Shown: positions 27,153 to 36,716 of the stretch, one piece after another | Numbering within the stretch: the first letter of the stretch is position 1 | Layout: the number at the start of each line of letters is the position of its first letter | Origin: Candidatus Gastranaerophilales bacterium | GTDB lineage: Bacteria; Cyanobacteriota; Vampirovibrionia; Gastranaerophilales; Gastranaerophilaceae | NCBI GenBank assembly: GCA_944324175.1 | Contig: CALUVH010000010.1 | Coordinates: 2,166 to 66,165, forward strand | Length of the DNA: 64,000 nt | Direction: 5' to 3' | Notes under the pieces: model-generated | Told to the model about the DNA's origin: nothing | Database searches by the model: none | Seen by the model: the letters and a program-made list of their open reading frames with translations, nothing else | Program-made: the position numbers and the translations under genes

Positions 27153-27356
27153 AATTTTCTTCCTTTTCTCTTGTGGTAACAGCTAAAAGTCAATAAAAAA
27201 TTAACCTCTGTCAGTACCTTCTACCCGTTCTTACCGGACTAACTTTTGCTCCACAGCATCAGTAAACACATCACTTAAGCGGGAACGTATTCCGGCAGTC
27301 AACAAGCTAAGTGTACAACAAATAAAAAAAAATTACAACCCCATGATTACAAGATA

Positions 27357-27679
27357 TTAAGATGCCTTTTTGATAGTAAGCACATCATCTTCAATATTAA
27401 ATTCAATTTCATCAATCTCAGGGTCTATTTCAAGCATCTCAAGTAAGGGGGCAGAGGTATATTCAGCCCATAACCAGATGAACGACGTATTAGCTTTTTA
27501 CATAACCTATTTTCATAACTTTGAATATCAGCATTCGCCACTTTTGTCACATACAAAACTTTGTTTTTAATTTTCAAAAGGACAGTGTACTCATCTTTAG
27601 TTATCCCTAAAAGCTGAGCTAAAGGCTTATTCAGATAAAGATGCCAACTATTACCATTTGCTGATAAACGCCTTTTCAT
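27357..27679 (-). pseudogene. tandem SpoVT/AbrB-like DNA-binding protein gene interrupted by a frameshift in a C5 (plus-strand G5) run
   Basis: The frame A ORF (27425-27679) ends ...KKLIRRSSGYGLNIPLPPYLRCLK*. The adjacent frame continues LLEMLEIDPEIDEIEFNIEDDVLTIKKAS* down to 27357. One extra C in the run at 27447-27451 would join them into 107 aa carrying two AbrB-like half-domains. Confidence 0.55.
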
Positions 27680-27798
27680 TTTATCTCCATAACCTGATTA
27701 CCTATTGCATTCATAATAATTTAATATAATATTTTTAAATAGTGCATAAAGTAATCTATTTATATGTATAATAATGAATAGATAAGAGGACAATAATA

Positions 27799-28134
27799 AT
27801 GAAACGAATTATAAGTATTGTTTTGGATGGAGTTCTAAACACATACAACGGACAATACAATGCAGCCAATATTCCCATGATAAAACAGGGGGATATTGAG
27901 TTTATACAAAAGCTTTCAGAGAATTATAAAATCGAAATTTTCACTACCAGAAACAAAAAGCTGGTAAAAAAATGGCTAAAAAGCAATTTAATAGAGAAGT
28001 ACATTTATCAAATAAGTAACAAAAAAAATCCATTCAGTGGCATATTCCTTGACGACTGAGCAATCACATTTAACTGAAATTTTGAATCAGTCTATGAAAA
28101 AATAATTAATTTTAAGCCTCATTGGAAAAAATAG
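27799..28134 (+). pseudogene. HAD-superfamily (nucleotidase-like) gene remnant with two in-frame TGA codons
   Basis: The 86-aa ORF ends ...GIFLDD*. In frame it continues AITFN*NFESVYEKIINFKPHWKK*. Motif I reads VLDGVL, so the first Asp of DxDG is missing. Confidence 0.45.
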
Positions 28135-28156
28135 AATCACGCTATACAGCACAAAA

Positions 28157-28175
28157 AGAGTAACAAAGTTACTCT
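28157..28175. terminator. bidirectional hairpin terminator between the HAD-like remnant and rpsN
   Basis: Perfect 8-bp stem AGAGTAAC / GTTACTCT with a 3-nt loop and T-runs on both strands. Confidence 0.6.
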
Positions 28176-28201
28176 TTTAAATGTTGCTAAAAATTAAGGT
28201 A

Positions 28202-28408
28202 CTACCAGCTTGCTTTAGTAACACCAGGCAATAGACCTTGGTGTGCCATTTTTCTCAAGCAAATTCTGCACAAACCGAAATCTCTATGGAACCCATGAGG
28301 TCTACCACAAATACTGCATCTATTGTGCAATCTTACTTTTGGATATTTACCTTTTGCAGCTAACGCTGCTCTTTTTTGTTCTTTGTCAATCATCGCTTTT
28401 TTAGCCAT
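28202..28408 (-). CDS. rpsN: 30S ribosomal protein S14, zinc-binding type Z
   Basis: 68 aa with CSICGRPHG...CRIC and a C-terminal ...GVTKASW. Confidence 0.93.
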   Translation of the reverse strand: MAKKAMIDKEQKRAALAAKGKYPKVRLHNRCSICGRPHGFHRDFGLCRICLRKMAHQGLLPGVTKASW

Positions 28409-28475
28409 GAATATCTCCTTTGTATCTTTATTTTTATTAATTTTCTTTTTGCTAATTTTAACAAGTCATATCGAC

Positions 28476-29033
28476 CTATTTATTCATTCCTTTGAAAGGC
28501 ATTCCAAGTAATCTCAACAATTCTCTTGCTTCATCATCAGTTTCAGCAGTAGTGATGATAGATACGTTCATACCTTTTACCAAATCAACTTCTTCATAAG
28601 TGATTTCAGGGAATAATGCTTGTTCTTTTAAGCCCAAAGTGTAGTTACCACGGCCATCAAAGCTTTTTGCGCTGATACCACGGAAGTCACGAATACGAGG
28701 TAAGACAACTGTAATCAACTTTTGCAAGAAATCATACATTCTTTCACCGCGCAATGTAACCATAGCACCTACAGGCATTCCTTCTCTCAATTTGTATGAT
28801 GCAATTGATTTTTTAGCTTTTGTTACAACTGATTTCTGTCCAGCTATTTTTGTCAATTGAGCCTCAATAGCTTCAGCAATCTTTGAATTGTGAGAAGCTT
28901 CACCAACACCCATATTTAATACAATTTTATGTAATTTAGGAATCTGGTGGTCATTTTTATAACCAAATTTTTCTTTCAACGCTTTTTTAACGTCTTCTTG
29001 ATATTTTGATTTCAAATTCTTAGTTAATGTCAT
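28476..29033 (-). CDS. rplE: 50S ribosomal protein L5
   Basis: [16 protein letters not shown]...[17 protein letters not shown]...[10 protein letters not shown]. Confidence 0.95.
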   Translation of the reverse strand: MTLTKNLKSKYQEDVKKALKEKFGYKNDHQIPKLHKIVLNMGVGEASHNSKIAEAIEAQLTKIAGQKSVVTKAKKSIASYKLREGMPVGAMVTLRGERMYDFLQKLITVVLPRIRDFRGISAKSFDGRGNYTLGLKEQALFPEITYEEVDLVKGMNVSIITTAETDDEARELLRLLGMPFKGMNK

Positions 29034-29077
29034 TTTTCTTTTCCTTAATTAATACGATGTCAATCTGTGTATTAAGA

Positions 29078-29416
29078 TTAAACATCTAATTGTTCACCAC
29101 ATTTTTTACAAACACGAACTTTTTTGCCGTCAACGACATCGTGCTTGATCCTTGTCGGTTTTTCGCAAGCAGGGCATACTATCATAACCTTAGAAGAATC
29201 CATAGGAGCTTCCAGCTTAATCAATCCGCCTTGAATACCTGCCATAGGCTGAGGTTTTTGAGCTTTTGTAACCATGTTTGCGCCTTCAACTACGACTGTT
29301 GATGCAGTCGGATCTACTTTTTTTACGTTACCGATTTTTCCTTTGTCTTTGCCTGCTGTTACGATAACTCTATCGCCGGTTTTTACATGCAAGCTTTTTT
29401 TATTTTTATCTGTCAT
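29078..29416 (-). CDS. rplX: 50S ribosomal protein L24
   Basis: KOW motif KTGDRVIVTAGKDKGKIGNVKKV. The start is set at the ATG preceded by GGAG. Confidence 0.92.
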   Translation of the reverse strand: MTDKNKKSLHVKTGDRVIVTAGKDKGKIGNVKKVDPTASTVVVEGANMVTKAQKPQPMAGIQGGLIKLEAPMDSSKVMIVCPACEKPTRIKHDVVDGKKVRVCKKCGEQLDV

Positions 29417-29495
29417 TTTTTTCTCCTGCTTTTTCAAGCTTTTTATCATGGACTGACCATGAAACTGGTCTATTACATGTACATAAGTTTTATTT

Positions 29496-29864
29496 TTATA
29501 TTACTTCCGGTGCTAGAGATACGATCTTCATATATCCTTTATCTCTTAATTCACGAGCTACAGGTCCAAAAACACGAGTACCGCGAGGGTTACCGTCTTT
29601 ATTAATAATAACGGCAGCGTTTTCATCAAATCTGATAACTGAACCATCTTCACGTTTAATATCGTGCTTTGTTCTTACTACAACAGCCTTAACTACTTCA
29701 CCGGCTTTTACTGTCTGGTTAGGAGCAGCTGCTTTAACTGTTGCAACAATTTCATCACCTACAGCAGCAAATTTCTTATTTGAACTACCCATTACACGAA
29801 TGCATAATAGTTCTTTTGCACCTGTATTATCTGCTACTTCTAGTCTTGTTTCTTGTTGTATCAT
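29496..29864 (-). CDS. rplN: 50S ribosomal protein L14
   Basis: [24 protein letters not shown].... Confidence 0.96.
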   Translation of the reverse strand: MIQQETRLEVADNTGAKELLCIRVMGSSNKKFAAVGDEIVATVKAAAPNQTVKAGEVVKAVVVRTKHDIKREDGSVIRFDENAAVIINKDGNPRGTRVFGPVARELRDKGYMKIVSLAPEVI

Positions 29865-29944
29865 TTTTCTTTTCCTTTATTTTAAAGAATATTTTACTTG
29901 CCTCTCATTACTCTATGGTAATGTTGCCTTCAGCTCTTTTTATA

Positions 29945-30190
29945 TTAACGAGCTTTTTCTACAACCTCAAGCAAAGACCAACGCTTGTCGCCTGACATAG
30001 GTCTAGATTCTACAATCCTTACTACATCACCTACATTACAAACATTTGCTTCATCATGAGCTTTGTAGTTTTTATTTGATTCTATAATTTTCTTATACTT
30101 TGGATGTGGTTCGTAATCTGCTACTTTTACCACGATTGTCTTATCCATCTTGTTACTAATAACAATTCCTTGTTTCTCTTTTTTAGGCAT
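29945..30190 (-). CDS. rpsQ: 30S ribosomal protein S17
   Basis: GIVISNKMDKTIVVKV...HPKYKKII...YKAHDE...GDVVRIVESRPMSGDKRW. Confidence 0.94.
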   Translation of the reverse strand: MPKKEKQGIVISNKMDKTIVVKVADYEPHPKYKKIIESNKNYKAHDEANVCNVGDVVRIVESRPMSGDKRWSLLEVVEKAR

Positions 30191-30380
30191 TTTGTACCTC
30201 TTTTTCTTTTATTACTGTTTTTGCTTGAGCGATGAATTTCTTAGTTTGAGATATCAAAGCTGTATTTTCCAATTTGTGAGTGGAAAGTTGTAATTTGTAG
30301 TTAAACAAATCTTTTTTCCAGTCTATGATAGCGTTTTGTAATTCATCCACTGATTTTTCACGCATTTCACTTAGTTTCAT
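30183..30380 (-). CDS. rpmC: 50S ribosomal protein L29
   Basis: 65 aa (MKLSEMREKSVDELQNAI...LFNYKLQLSTHKLENT). It overlaps the rpsQ start by 8 nt. Confidence 0.9.
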   Translation of the reverse strand: MKLSEMREKSVDELQNAIIDWKKDLFNYKLQLSTHKLENTALISQTKKFIAQAKTVIKEKEVQNA

Positions 30381-30394
30381 CTGTTATTTCCTTT

Positions 30395-30817
30395 TTATTT
30401 TTGTTCACATTTTGCTTTTTCAACAATTTTTACTTTAATAGGCAATTTCTGAGCAGCCAATTCCAAAGCATGTACTGCAACATTTCTATCAAAATAATCA
30501 AGTTCAAAAAGTATTCTGTTAGGCTTAACAACCGCTACCCAATATTCCAAATTACCTTTACCTGAACCCATACGAGTTTCAGCAGGCTTTGCTGTAATAG
30601 GTTTATCAGGGAAAATCTTAATCCAAACGTTACCGCCACGTTTGATTTCACGGGTCATTGCACGACGTGCTGCCTCTATTTGACGGCTGGTAATCCAACC
30701 TGGTTCTAACGCTTTTATTGCGTACTGACCGAATTCGAATGATGTACCTCTAGTCTCTGTACCTTTCATTCTACCTTTCATCATTTTGCGGTATTTTGTT
30801 TTTTTAGGCTGTAACAT
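30395..30817 (-). CDS. rplP: 50S ribosomal protein L16
   Basis: [19 protein letters not shown]...[12 protein letters not shown].... Confidence 0.96.
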   Translation of the reverse strand: MLQPKKTKYRKMMKGRMKGTETRGTSFEFGQYAIKALEPGWITSRQIEAARRAMTREIKRGGNVWIKIFPDKPITAKPAETRMGSGKGNLEYWVAVVKPNRILFELDYFDRNVAVHALELAAQKLPIKVKIVEKAKCEQK

Positions 30818-30848
30818 TATATTTGCTCCTGTAATTTTTACTCATACC

Positions 30849-31583
30849 TTACGCTTCAGTAGTAGTCTCTATTGAGCGACGTCTTGAACGACGTTGTCCT
30901 TTTTCGCTACCACTTTTTTCACTTTTTGCTTTGATGTTTTGATCAGCTTTTTCACCTGGCATCAAGTTGCCCTTGAAAATCCAAACCTTAACACCAATTT
31001 TACCCATTATAGTATCAGCTTCAGTGAAACCGTAATCTACATCTGCTCTAAGAGTTTGAAGCGGGATTCTTCCTTCTTTTGCCCACTCAGAACGAGCGAT
31101 TTCAGCACCACCCAAACGTCCAGATACCATAACTTTAATACCTTGAGCGCCAGCACGCATAGTACGTTGCATAGCTTGTTTCATCGCACGTCTAAATGCT
31201 ACACGCTTTTCCAGTTGTTGAGCGATTGCTTCTGCAACTAATTGCGCATCTGCATCTATTCTTGCAACTTCTACAACATTGATAATAACAGGTTTACCAA
31301 GATACTTTGTAACTTCTTGTCTAAGTTCATCAATACCCTGACCGCCTCTACCTACAACTATACCAGGTTTCGCTGTAACAACAGTAATAGTTGTATTTTG
31401 TGCTTTTCTTGCAATTAATATTTTTGAAACACCGGCTGCGTATAATTTCTTTTTAATGAATTTTCTGATTTTTGCATCTTCTGCAACAAATTCACCATAT
31501 TCCTTAATCTTAGCGAACCATGTGCTAACCCAAGGTTGAATTATACCTACTCTAAATCCGGTTGGATGTGTTTTTTGTCCCAT
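30849..31583 (-). CDS. rpsC: 30S ribosomal protein S3
   Basis: [14 protein letters not shown]..., a KH domain, and [30 protein letters not shown]. Confidence 0.96.
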   Translation of the reverse strand: MGQKTHPTGFRVGIIQPWVSTWFAKIKEYGEFVAEDAKIRKFIKKKLYAAGVSKILIARKAQNTTITVVTAKPGIVVGRGGQGIDELRQEVTKYLGKPVIINVVEVARIDADAQLVAEAIAQQLEKRVAFRRAMKQAMQRTMRAGAQGIKVMVSGRLGGAEIARSEWAKEGRIPLQTLRADVDYGFTEADTIMGKIGVKVWIFKGNLMPGEKADQNIKAKSEKSGSEKGQRRSRRRSIETTTEA

Positions 31584-31594
31584 TTTATCTACCT

Positions 31595-31936
31595 TTATTT
31601 GCTTTGTGTATCACTAACTTTTAATGTGAGATGAGAAGTGCGTTTCAGTCTTTTGTACATACGACCTTGCGCTCTTGCTCTTGCTCTTTTATATGTTGTG
31701 CTTTCATCAGCAAAGATTTCAGAAATCTTCAAAGAATCAGCAGATACGCCATATTGTTCCTGTGCATTCGCTACAGCAGCTTTTAAGTTTTTTTCAACCA
31801 CTCTTGCTGCAAAGTAAGGCATAAAACGCAACATATCTTGAGCTTCTTTAACAGCTTTTCCTCTAACTTCGTTGATTACTCTACGAAGTTTTCTTGCCGT
31901 CATTTTAATATCTGTTTGTCTTGCTTTAGCTTCCAT
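31595..31936 (-). CDS. rplV: 50S ribosomal protein L22
   Basis: [27 protein letters not shown]...[18 protein letters not shown]. Confidence 0.95.
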   Translation of the reverse strand: MEAKARQTDIKMTARKLRRVINEVRGKAVKEAQDMLRFMPYFAARVVEKNLKAAVANAQEQYGVSADSLKISEIFADESTTYKRARARAQGRMYKRLKRTSHLTLKVSDTQSK

Positions 31937-32028
31937 TTTATTTTTCCTTTATTTTGCTTATCGCTTTTCTTTTGTTATTTCCGCTATTACACGGAGTAGG
32001 AATTTATCAATTTACGTTAATTGATCTC

Positions 32029-32310
32029 CTATTTTCTTTTAGCAGTCTTATCAGAACCTGCATGACCTTTATACATTCTTGTAGGTGCGAATTCACCTAA
32101 TTTATGTCCAATCATTTGCTCTGTAACATACACAGGAACGTGAGTTTTCCCGTTGTGAACTGCGATTGTGTGTCCTAACATATCAGGGATAATCATTGAT
32201 GCTCTTGACCAAGTTTTTATCACTTTATGTTCAGAATTTGCATTCATTTTTTCAATTTTCTTTTGTAGAGCTTCTTCTACGTATGGACCTTTTTTTAATG
32301 AACGTGCCAT
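32029..32310 (-). CDS. rpsS: 30S ribosomal protein S19
   Basis: [15 protein letters not shown]...[31 protein letters not shown]. Confidence 0.96.
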   Translation of the reverse strand: MARSLKKGPYVEEALQKKIEKMNANSEHKVIKTWSRASMIIPDMLGHTIAVHNGKTHVPVYVTEQMIGHKLGEFAPTRMYKGHAGSDKTAKRK

Positions 32311-32368
32311 TAATTTTTTCTCCTTTGTATTTGATTTGTATTGATTTGGCTTAAGGATTTAGCTATGC

Positions 32369-32400
32369 AAGGGGCATTTGAATTTTATACAAAGCCCCTT
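32369..32400 (-). other. strong intercistronic hairpin between rplB and rpsS (no U-tract)
   Basis: AAGGGGCATTTG...CAAAGCCCCTT forms an 11-bp stem with one bulged base. It is not followed by a T-run on the coding (minus) strand. Confidence 0.5.
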
Positions 32401-32416
32401 TGGAGCACAACTAAGA

Positions 32417-33244
32417 CTATTTCTTACGTCTTCTTACAATTAACTTGTCAGAAGCTTTACCTTTTTTCCTTGTCTTATAGCCAAGTGCTGGTTTACCCCA
32501 AGGTGTTTTAGGGTGTCCACCAGGACCGGTCTTACCTTCACCACCACCATGAGGGTGATCGCAAGGGTTCATCGTAACACCACGAACAGTTGGTCTGATA
32601 CCAAGATAACGTTTTCTACCAGCTTTTCCTAATGAAATGTTTTTGAATTCAGCGTTACCTAATGTACCTATGGTTGCCATGCATTCTTTTCTTACCATTC
32701 TCATTTCAGATGATGGAAGTTTAATAGTTACATAGTTACCTTCTTTGGCCATAACTTGCGCAGCATTACCTGCAGATCTTACCATAACTCCGCCACGACC
32801 AGGTGTTAATTCAATATTATGAACAATTGTACCTAACGGGATTAATTCTAAAGGAAGTGCATTACCGTTTTGTACAGGTGCTTCCGGACCTGAAACTATA
32901 ACGTCGCCTACATTTAAACCTTCCGGTGTTAAAATATATCTTTTTTCACCGTCTGCGTAATACACCAATGAAATTCTAACATTTCTGTTTGGATCATACT
33001 CTATTGATTTAACTGTAGCAGGTACTCCAAATTTTTCGCGTTTGAAGTCGATTACACGGTAAGCTCTTTTTACACCGCCACCTTTATGACGACATGTAAT
33101 TCTACCAGTATTATTTCTACCTGCAGTCTTTTTTAATTTTTTCAATAATGATTTCTCTGGAGTTTGAGTAGTGACTTCTTGATAATCAGATTTAGTCATT
33201 CCTCTTTGTCCTGGAGATGTAGGATTTATTTGTCTAATTGCCAT
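32417..33244 (-). CDS. rplB: 50S ribosomal protein L2
   Basis: ...[15 protein letters not shown]...; 275 aa. Confidence 0.97.
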   Translation of the reverse strand: MAIRQINPTSPGQRGMTKSDYQEVTTQTPEKSLLKKLKKTAGRNNTGRITCRHKGGGVKRAYRVIDFKREKFGVPATVKSIEYDPNRNVRISLVYYADGEKRYILTPEGLNVGDVIVSGPEAPVQNGNALPLELIPLGTIVHNIELTPGRGGVMVRSAGNAAQVMAKEGNYVTIKLPSSEMRMVRKECMATIGTLGNAEFKNISLGKAGRKRYLGIRPTVRGVTMNPCDHPHGGGEGKTGPGGHPKTPWGKPALGYKTRKKGKASDKLIVRRRKK

Positions 33245-33334
33245 TTTATTTCTCCTTTACGGCTTTTGATATTTTACATTGGGACTTGTGCCTGACGCCC
33301 CTTTTACCTATCGAGCCATCACCAAATTCGATGA

Positions 33335-33643
33335 TTATGCCCCTACTAATTCTTCTATTGGATCACCTTCGATTGTTACGATTGCTTTTTTAGAAGAATC
33401 TGTTCTTCCAAATTTATATCCCATTCTTTTTTCATGAGAAGGCATATAAACTGTTCTTACTTTTTTAACTTTTCTACCAGGAAAAGCTAATTCAACTGCT
33501 TTTGCAATTTCGATTTTTGTAGCGTCTTTAACTACTTCAAAAGTATACTGACCGAGAGTTGTTGCACCTACTGATTTTTCAGTAATCAAAGGTTTTTTAA
33601 TCACGTCATATAACTTTTCTGTATTTGTTCTGTCTTTACTCAT
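33335..33643 (-). CDS. rplW: 50S ribosomal protein L23
   Basis: YDVIKKPLITEKS...YTFEVVKDATKIEIAKAVE. Confidence 0.93.
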   Translation of the reverse strand: MSKDRTNTEKLYDVIKKPLITEKSVGATTLGQYTFEVVKDATKIEIAKAVELAFPGRKVKKVRTVYMPSHEKRMGYKFGRTDSSKKAIVTIEGDPIEELVGA

Positions 33644-33676
33644 TTTTATTTCCTTTACTGTTCTCAGATTTTATGA

Positions 33677-34303
33677 CTAGCTTAATCTTTCGGTAATATC
33701 TTTCACTGCAGATTCTGTAACTATCACAAAATCAGCTTCCAATAAATCTTTTACATTCAAGTTTGAAGGCAAAATAATTTTTACGCTTGGAATATTTCTT
33801 GCTGCCAATTCTAAGTAATTATTTTCAGCAGCTTTCACATCAGCAATCACCAAAACCTTACCTGAAACTTTCAATGATTTTAGTGCTGACACCATTAATT
33901 TAGTCTTTGGCTCATTGATAGTTGAAAAATCTTTAACCACAACTAAATTATCCTGTCTTGCAGATAGCGCAGATTTCAAAGCTAATTTTCTAGCTTTTTG
34001 CGGCATGTTGAAACCATAATCTCTAGGTTTAGGTCCGAACACAACACCACCACCTGCGAATAAAGGTGAACGCAAAGAACCAGCTCTTGCTCTACCTGTA
34101 CCTTTTTGTTTCCAAGGTTTTTTACCGCCACCAGATACTTCAGCTCTGGTTTTAGCGCATGCTGAACCTTGACGTGCATTATTTAATTGTCTTCTTAATG
34201 CCAAGTGCATTACGTGTAAGTTTGGTTCAACACCGAAAACACTTTGTTCTAAAGTGATTTCGCCTAATTTTTCACCATTTGTACTTAATATTTCTTTTGA
34301 CAT
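33677..34303 (-). CDS. rplD: 50S ribosomal protein L4
   Basis: ...VSGGGKKPWKQKGTGRARAGSLRSPLFAGGGVVFGPKPR.... Confidence 0.96.
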   Translation of the reverse strand: MSKEILSTNGEKLGEITLEQSVFGVEPNLHVMHLALRRQLNNARQGSACAKTRAEVSGGGKKPWKQKGTGRARAGSLRSPLFAGGGVVFGPKPRDYGFNMPQKARKLALKSALSARQDNLVVVKDFSTINEPKTKLMVSALKSLKVSGKVLVIADVKAAENNYLELAARNIPSVKIILPSNLNVKDLLEADFVIVTESAVKDITERLS

Positions 34304-34393
34304 TTCTATTTTCCTTATCTATTACCGTTTACCGCTTTCGATATAAAATCGTTTTATATGGCAACTCGGGAGTGATTTACTTTTTAAATTTAA

Positions 34394-35029
34394 TTAGTTC
34401 CATTTTGTTCTTGAAGGAACGATTGTAACCAATCTACCCTCACAGCCTGGTACTGAACCTTTAATCAAAACTAAGTTATTAGCAGAATCAACTTTGACTA
34501 ATTTCAGTTTTGTGATTGTAACTCTTTCATTACCCATGTTACCAGCCATTCTTTTGCCTTTGATAACACGGCTAGGAGTAGTACCTGCACCTATTGAACC
34601 AGGTTCTCTATGGTTTTTAGAACCATGAGCCATCGGTCCTCTTCCAAAGTTCCATCTTTTAACTGTACCTTGGAAACCTTTACCTATTGATTTTCCTGTT
34701 ACGTCAACTTTTTCAACATTTTCCAAAACTGATAATTCAATTTTATCACCTACTTTGTAGTCTTGCGGATTATCAATTCTGAATTCTTGAAGATGTCTGT
34801 AGTTATTTAAGCTATTTTTCTTAAAATGACCTAATTCAGCTTTTGTTAAATGTTTTTCTTTAGCTGCAACTGTACCAACTTGAATAGCGTTGTAACCATC
34901 AGTTTCTACAGTCTTTACTTGGGTTACTACAGTTTCATCTACTTTAATAACTGTTACCGGGATTGCTAAACCTTTTTCATCAAAGATTTGAGTCATTCCT
35001 AGTTTTTTACCAATTACACCTAGTGTCAT
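34394..35029 (-). CDS. rplC: 50S ribosomal protein L3
   Basis: GVIGKKLGMTQIFDEKG...GKGFQGTVKRWNFGRGPMAHGS. Confidence 0.96.
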   Translation of the reverse strand: MTLGVIGKKLGMTQIFDEKGLAIPVTVIKVDETVVTQVKTVETDGYNAIQVGTVAAKEKHLTKAELGHFKKNSLNNYRHLQEFRIDNPQDYKVGDKIELSVLENVEKVDVTGKSIGKGFQGTVKRWNFGRGPMAHGSKNHREPGSIGAGTTPSRVIKGKRMAGNMGNERVTITKLKLVKVDSANNLVLIKGSVPGCEGRLVTIVPSRTKWN

Positions 35030-35329
35030 ATTTTAACCTTTCCTGCTCCCCCTACTTGGTGTGGACACATTCCACCCCTTATTCGGGTTTGCATTTTCAC
35101 TTGCGAGCGCTACGTCTTGCCTTTGTCTTTACCTTATGAGGATTTCCACCTCGACAACCTTTCGATTGTCCCGATCAAGTTTTAAGCCTTCGCTTTACCT
35201 GCCTTAACCGGTCGCAGTTCACATTATCTCATGCATAATGCTATTAAATTTTAAAAGTGCTTGGGGTTGATTGTGCTTGGCTTGAACTACCGTTATAGTC
35301 TTCTATGCCGTGCGTTCAAGCCTTGTTTA
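35030..35329 (-). other. 300-nt comparatively GC-rich, stem-rich spacer between rpsJ and rplC (candidate structured RNA or leader)
   Basis: There is no ORF. A perfect 9-bp stem GGCTTGAAC / GTTCAAGCC (35279-35287 and 35314-35322) lies just after the rpsJ stop. Further stems are GACAA-N8-TTGTC and GTGGA-N5-TCCAC. Confidence 0.35.
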
Positions 35330-35647
35330 TTATAATTTAACTTCGATATCAACACCTGCAGGTAAATCTAATCTGCTTAACTCTTCAGTTGTCTGTTGAG
35401 TCGGTTCGTATATATCGATAATACGTTTATGAGTTCTCATTTCAAAGTGCTCACGTGATTTTTTATCTACGTGTGGAGAACGCAAAACGCAATATATACG
35501 TCTTTTTGTAGGTAAAGGAATAGGGCCTGCAACTTTAGCGTCAGTTCTTTTTGCTGTTTCTACGATCTTGTCTGAAGATACATCAATCAACTTGTGATCA
35601 TATGCTTTCAAACAAACTCTGATACGTTGTCTTTTTGTGCTTGCCAT
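35330..35647 (-). CDS. rpsJ: 30S ribosomal protein S10
   Basis: [42 protein letters not shown]...[13 protein letters not shown]. Confidence 0.96.
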   Translation of the reverse strand: MASTKRQRIRVCLKAYDHKLIDVSSDKIVETAKRTDAKVAGPIPLPTKRRIYCVLRSPHVDKKSREHFEMRTHKRIIDIYEPTQQTTEELSRLDLPAGVDIEVKL

Positions 35648-36203
35648 TTGACATTCCTTTTTCTTAACTGTTACTTTACCTTACAAGAGTGAAAGCTTTG
35701 CTAAGACTGACTTTCAGCCCTTGACCAGAGATACTGCTATTCAAAAATATTTCGGATATTAGTAAATACTATATCTCAAGCATATCAATATTAAGATAAA
35801 CAAAAATGAGTGTCAACATGGAATTTTATATATTGTTTAGAATTTGTAACATGAATAAAATTTACATTTGTTTACAAAGCAAAATATTGAGAATATTACA
35901 CCAGAATAAATTATCGCTCTATAATTTTATTTCGAAATCTGTTTAATTCAGCAATAACAGCAATTCCCAATAAAAGGGAGCTTGAAAACTAAAATCAATT
36001 ACAAGAAAATACCTGCTCTCTTATTTAACAAAGAATAGAGTTCAAGCCCACAAAACACCTTACACTCTTTGTGTATCAAATCAAACAGTGAAAGACAAAA
36101 TAACTCGCACAACCACCAAATCAACGCAAACAAATTGAAGTTAATAGCAAATTATTTTTTCTCGGTTTTTCATACTATTGAATACAATACAGAGGATTAT
36201 GTT

Positions 36204-36545
36204 ATGCTCATTACTCCAATAAACGTCAGTGTTAATATGCAAGGACGAAATTTAAAACCTATTAGCGAATACCAAGGTCCAATTCTAAAATTAACCTCAA
36301 AAGAAAAGACGCAAATAGCCCAAATGGAAGCCCGAATTGCCGAATACGAACTTGAAATTGAAAAATTAAATAGTTTATCGCAAAAAAGTCATGTAATATC
36401 ATCAATTGACTATTATAACGACAAAATAGGTTATCTTGATTATTGGATAGACAAACTACGCAATGAAATAAGAAACATTAAAATTAGCCGACTAAATAAA
36501 CAAAAACAACGAATTGAGCCAAATAAATCAAACATTAAGGGATAA
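36204..36545 (+). CDS. hypothetical coiled-coil protein (113 aa)
   Basis: The ATG at 36204 is preceded by AGAGGA. The longer track ORF begins at a TTG with no SD. No motif recognised. Confidence 0.4.
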   Translation: MLITPINVSVNMQGRNLKPISEYQGPILKLTSKEKTQIAQMEARIAEYELEIEKLNSLSQKSHVISSIDYYNDKIGYLDYWIDKLRNEIRNIKISRLNKQKQRIEPNKSNIKG

Positions 36546-36716
36546 TTTTATAAACTTTTAACAAAAAAATAACATAGATACTGTTACAAATACTTCATAA
36601 AAATTTTTCAATAACATTTTTATGATAAAATTACTGGGAGGATTAAACTTTACTATCCTTGTATTATACAATTATAGTAATACCACTTTCCAAAATTTAA
36701 TATTCCAAAAAGGAGT

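Noticed and set aside
27370-27570. Plus-strand 66-aa ORF in the ribosomal-cluster island.
   Set aside because: It is the antisense shadow of the frameshifted AbrB-like gene, whose two frames give clear fold-consistent sequence. The plus-strand product is Ser/Ile low-complexity.
27799-28134. Alternative genetic code (TGA read as Gly or Trp) suggested by in-frame TGAs in the HAD-like gene.
   Set aside because: All large conserved genes in the window (valS, adhE, flhA, r-proteins) are intact under the standard code, and some genes, such as the MMPL-like exporter gene, end in TGA. Reassignment is not supported and a pseudogene is the simpler explanation.
35030-35329. A known housekeeping RNA (RNase P, tmRNA, SRP or 6S RNA) in the rpsJ-rplC spacer.
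   Set aside because: I could not find the RNase P GAGGAAAGUCC-type core, a tRNA-like tmRNA end or the SRP domain IV motif, and the length and position do not fit. It is kept only as an unclassified structured-RNA candidate.
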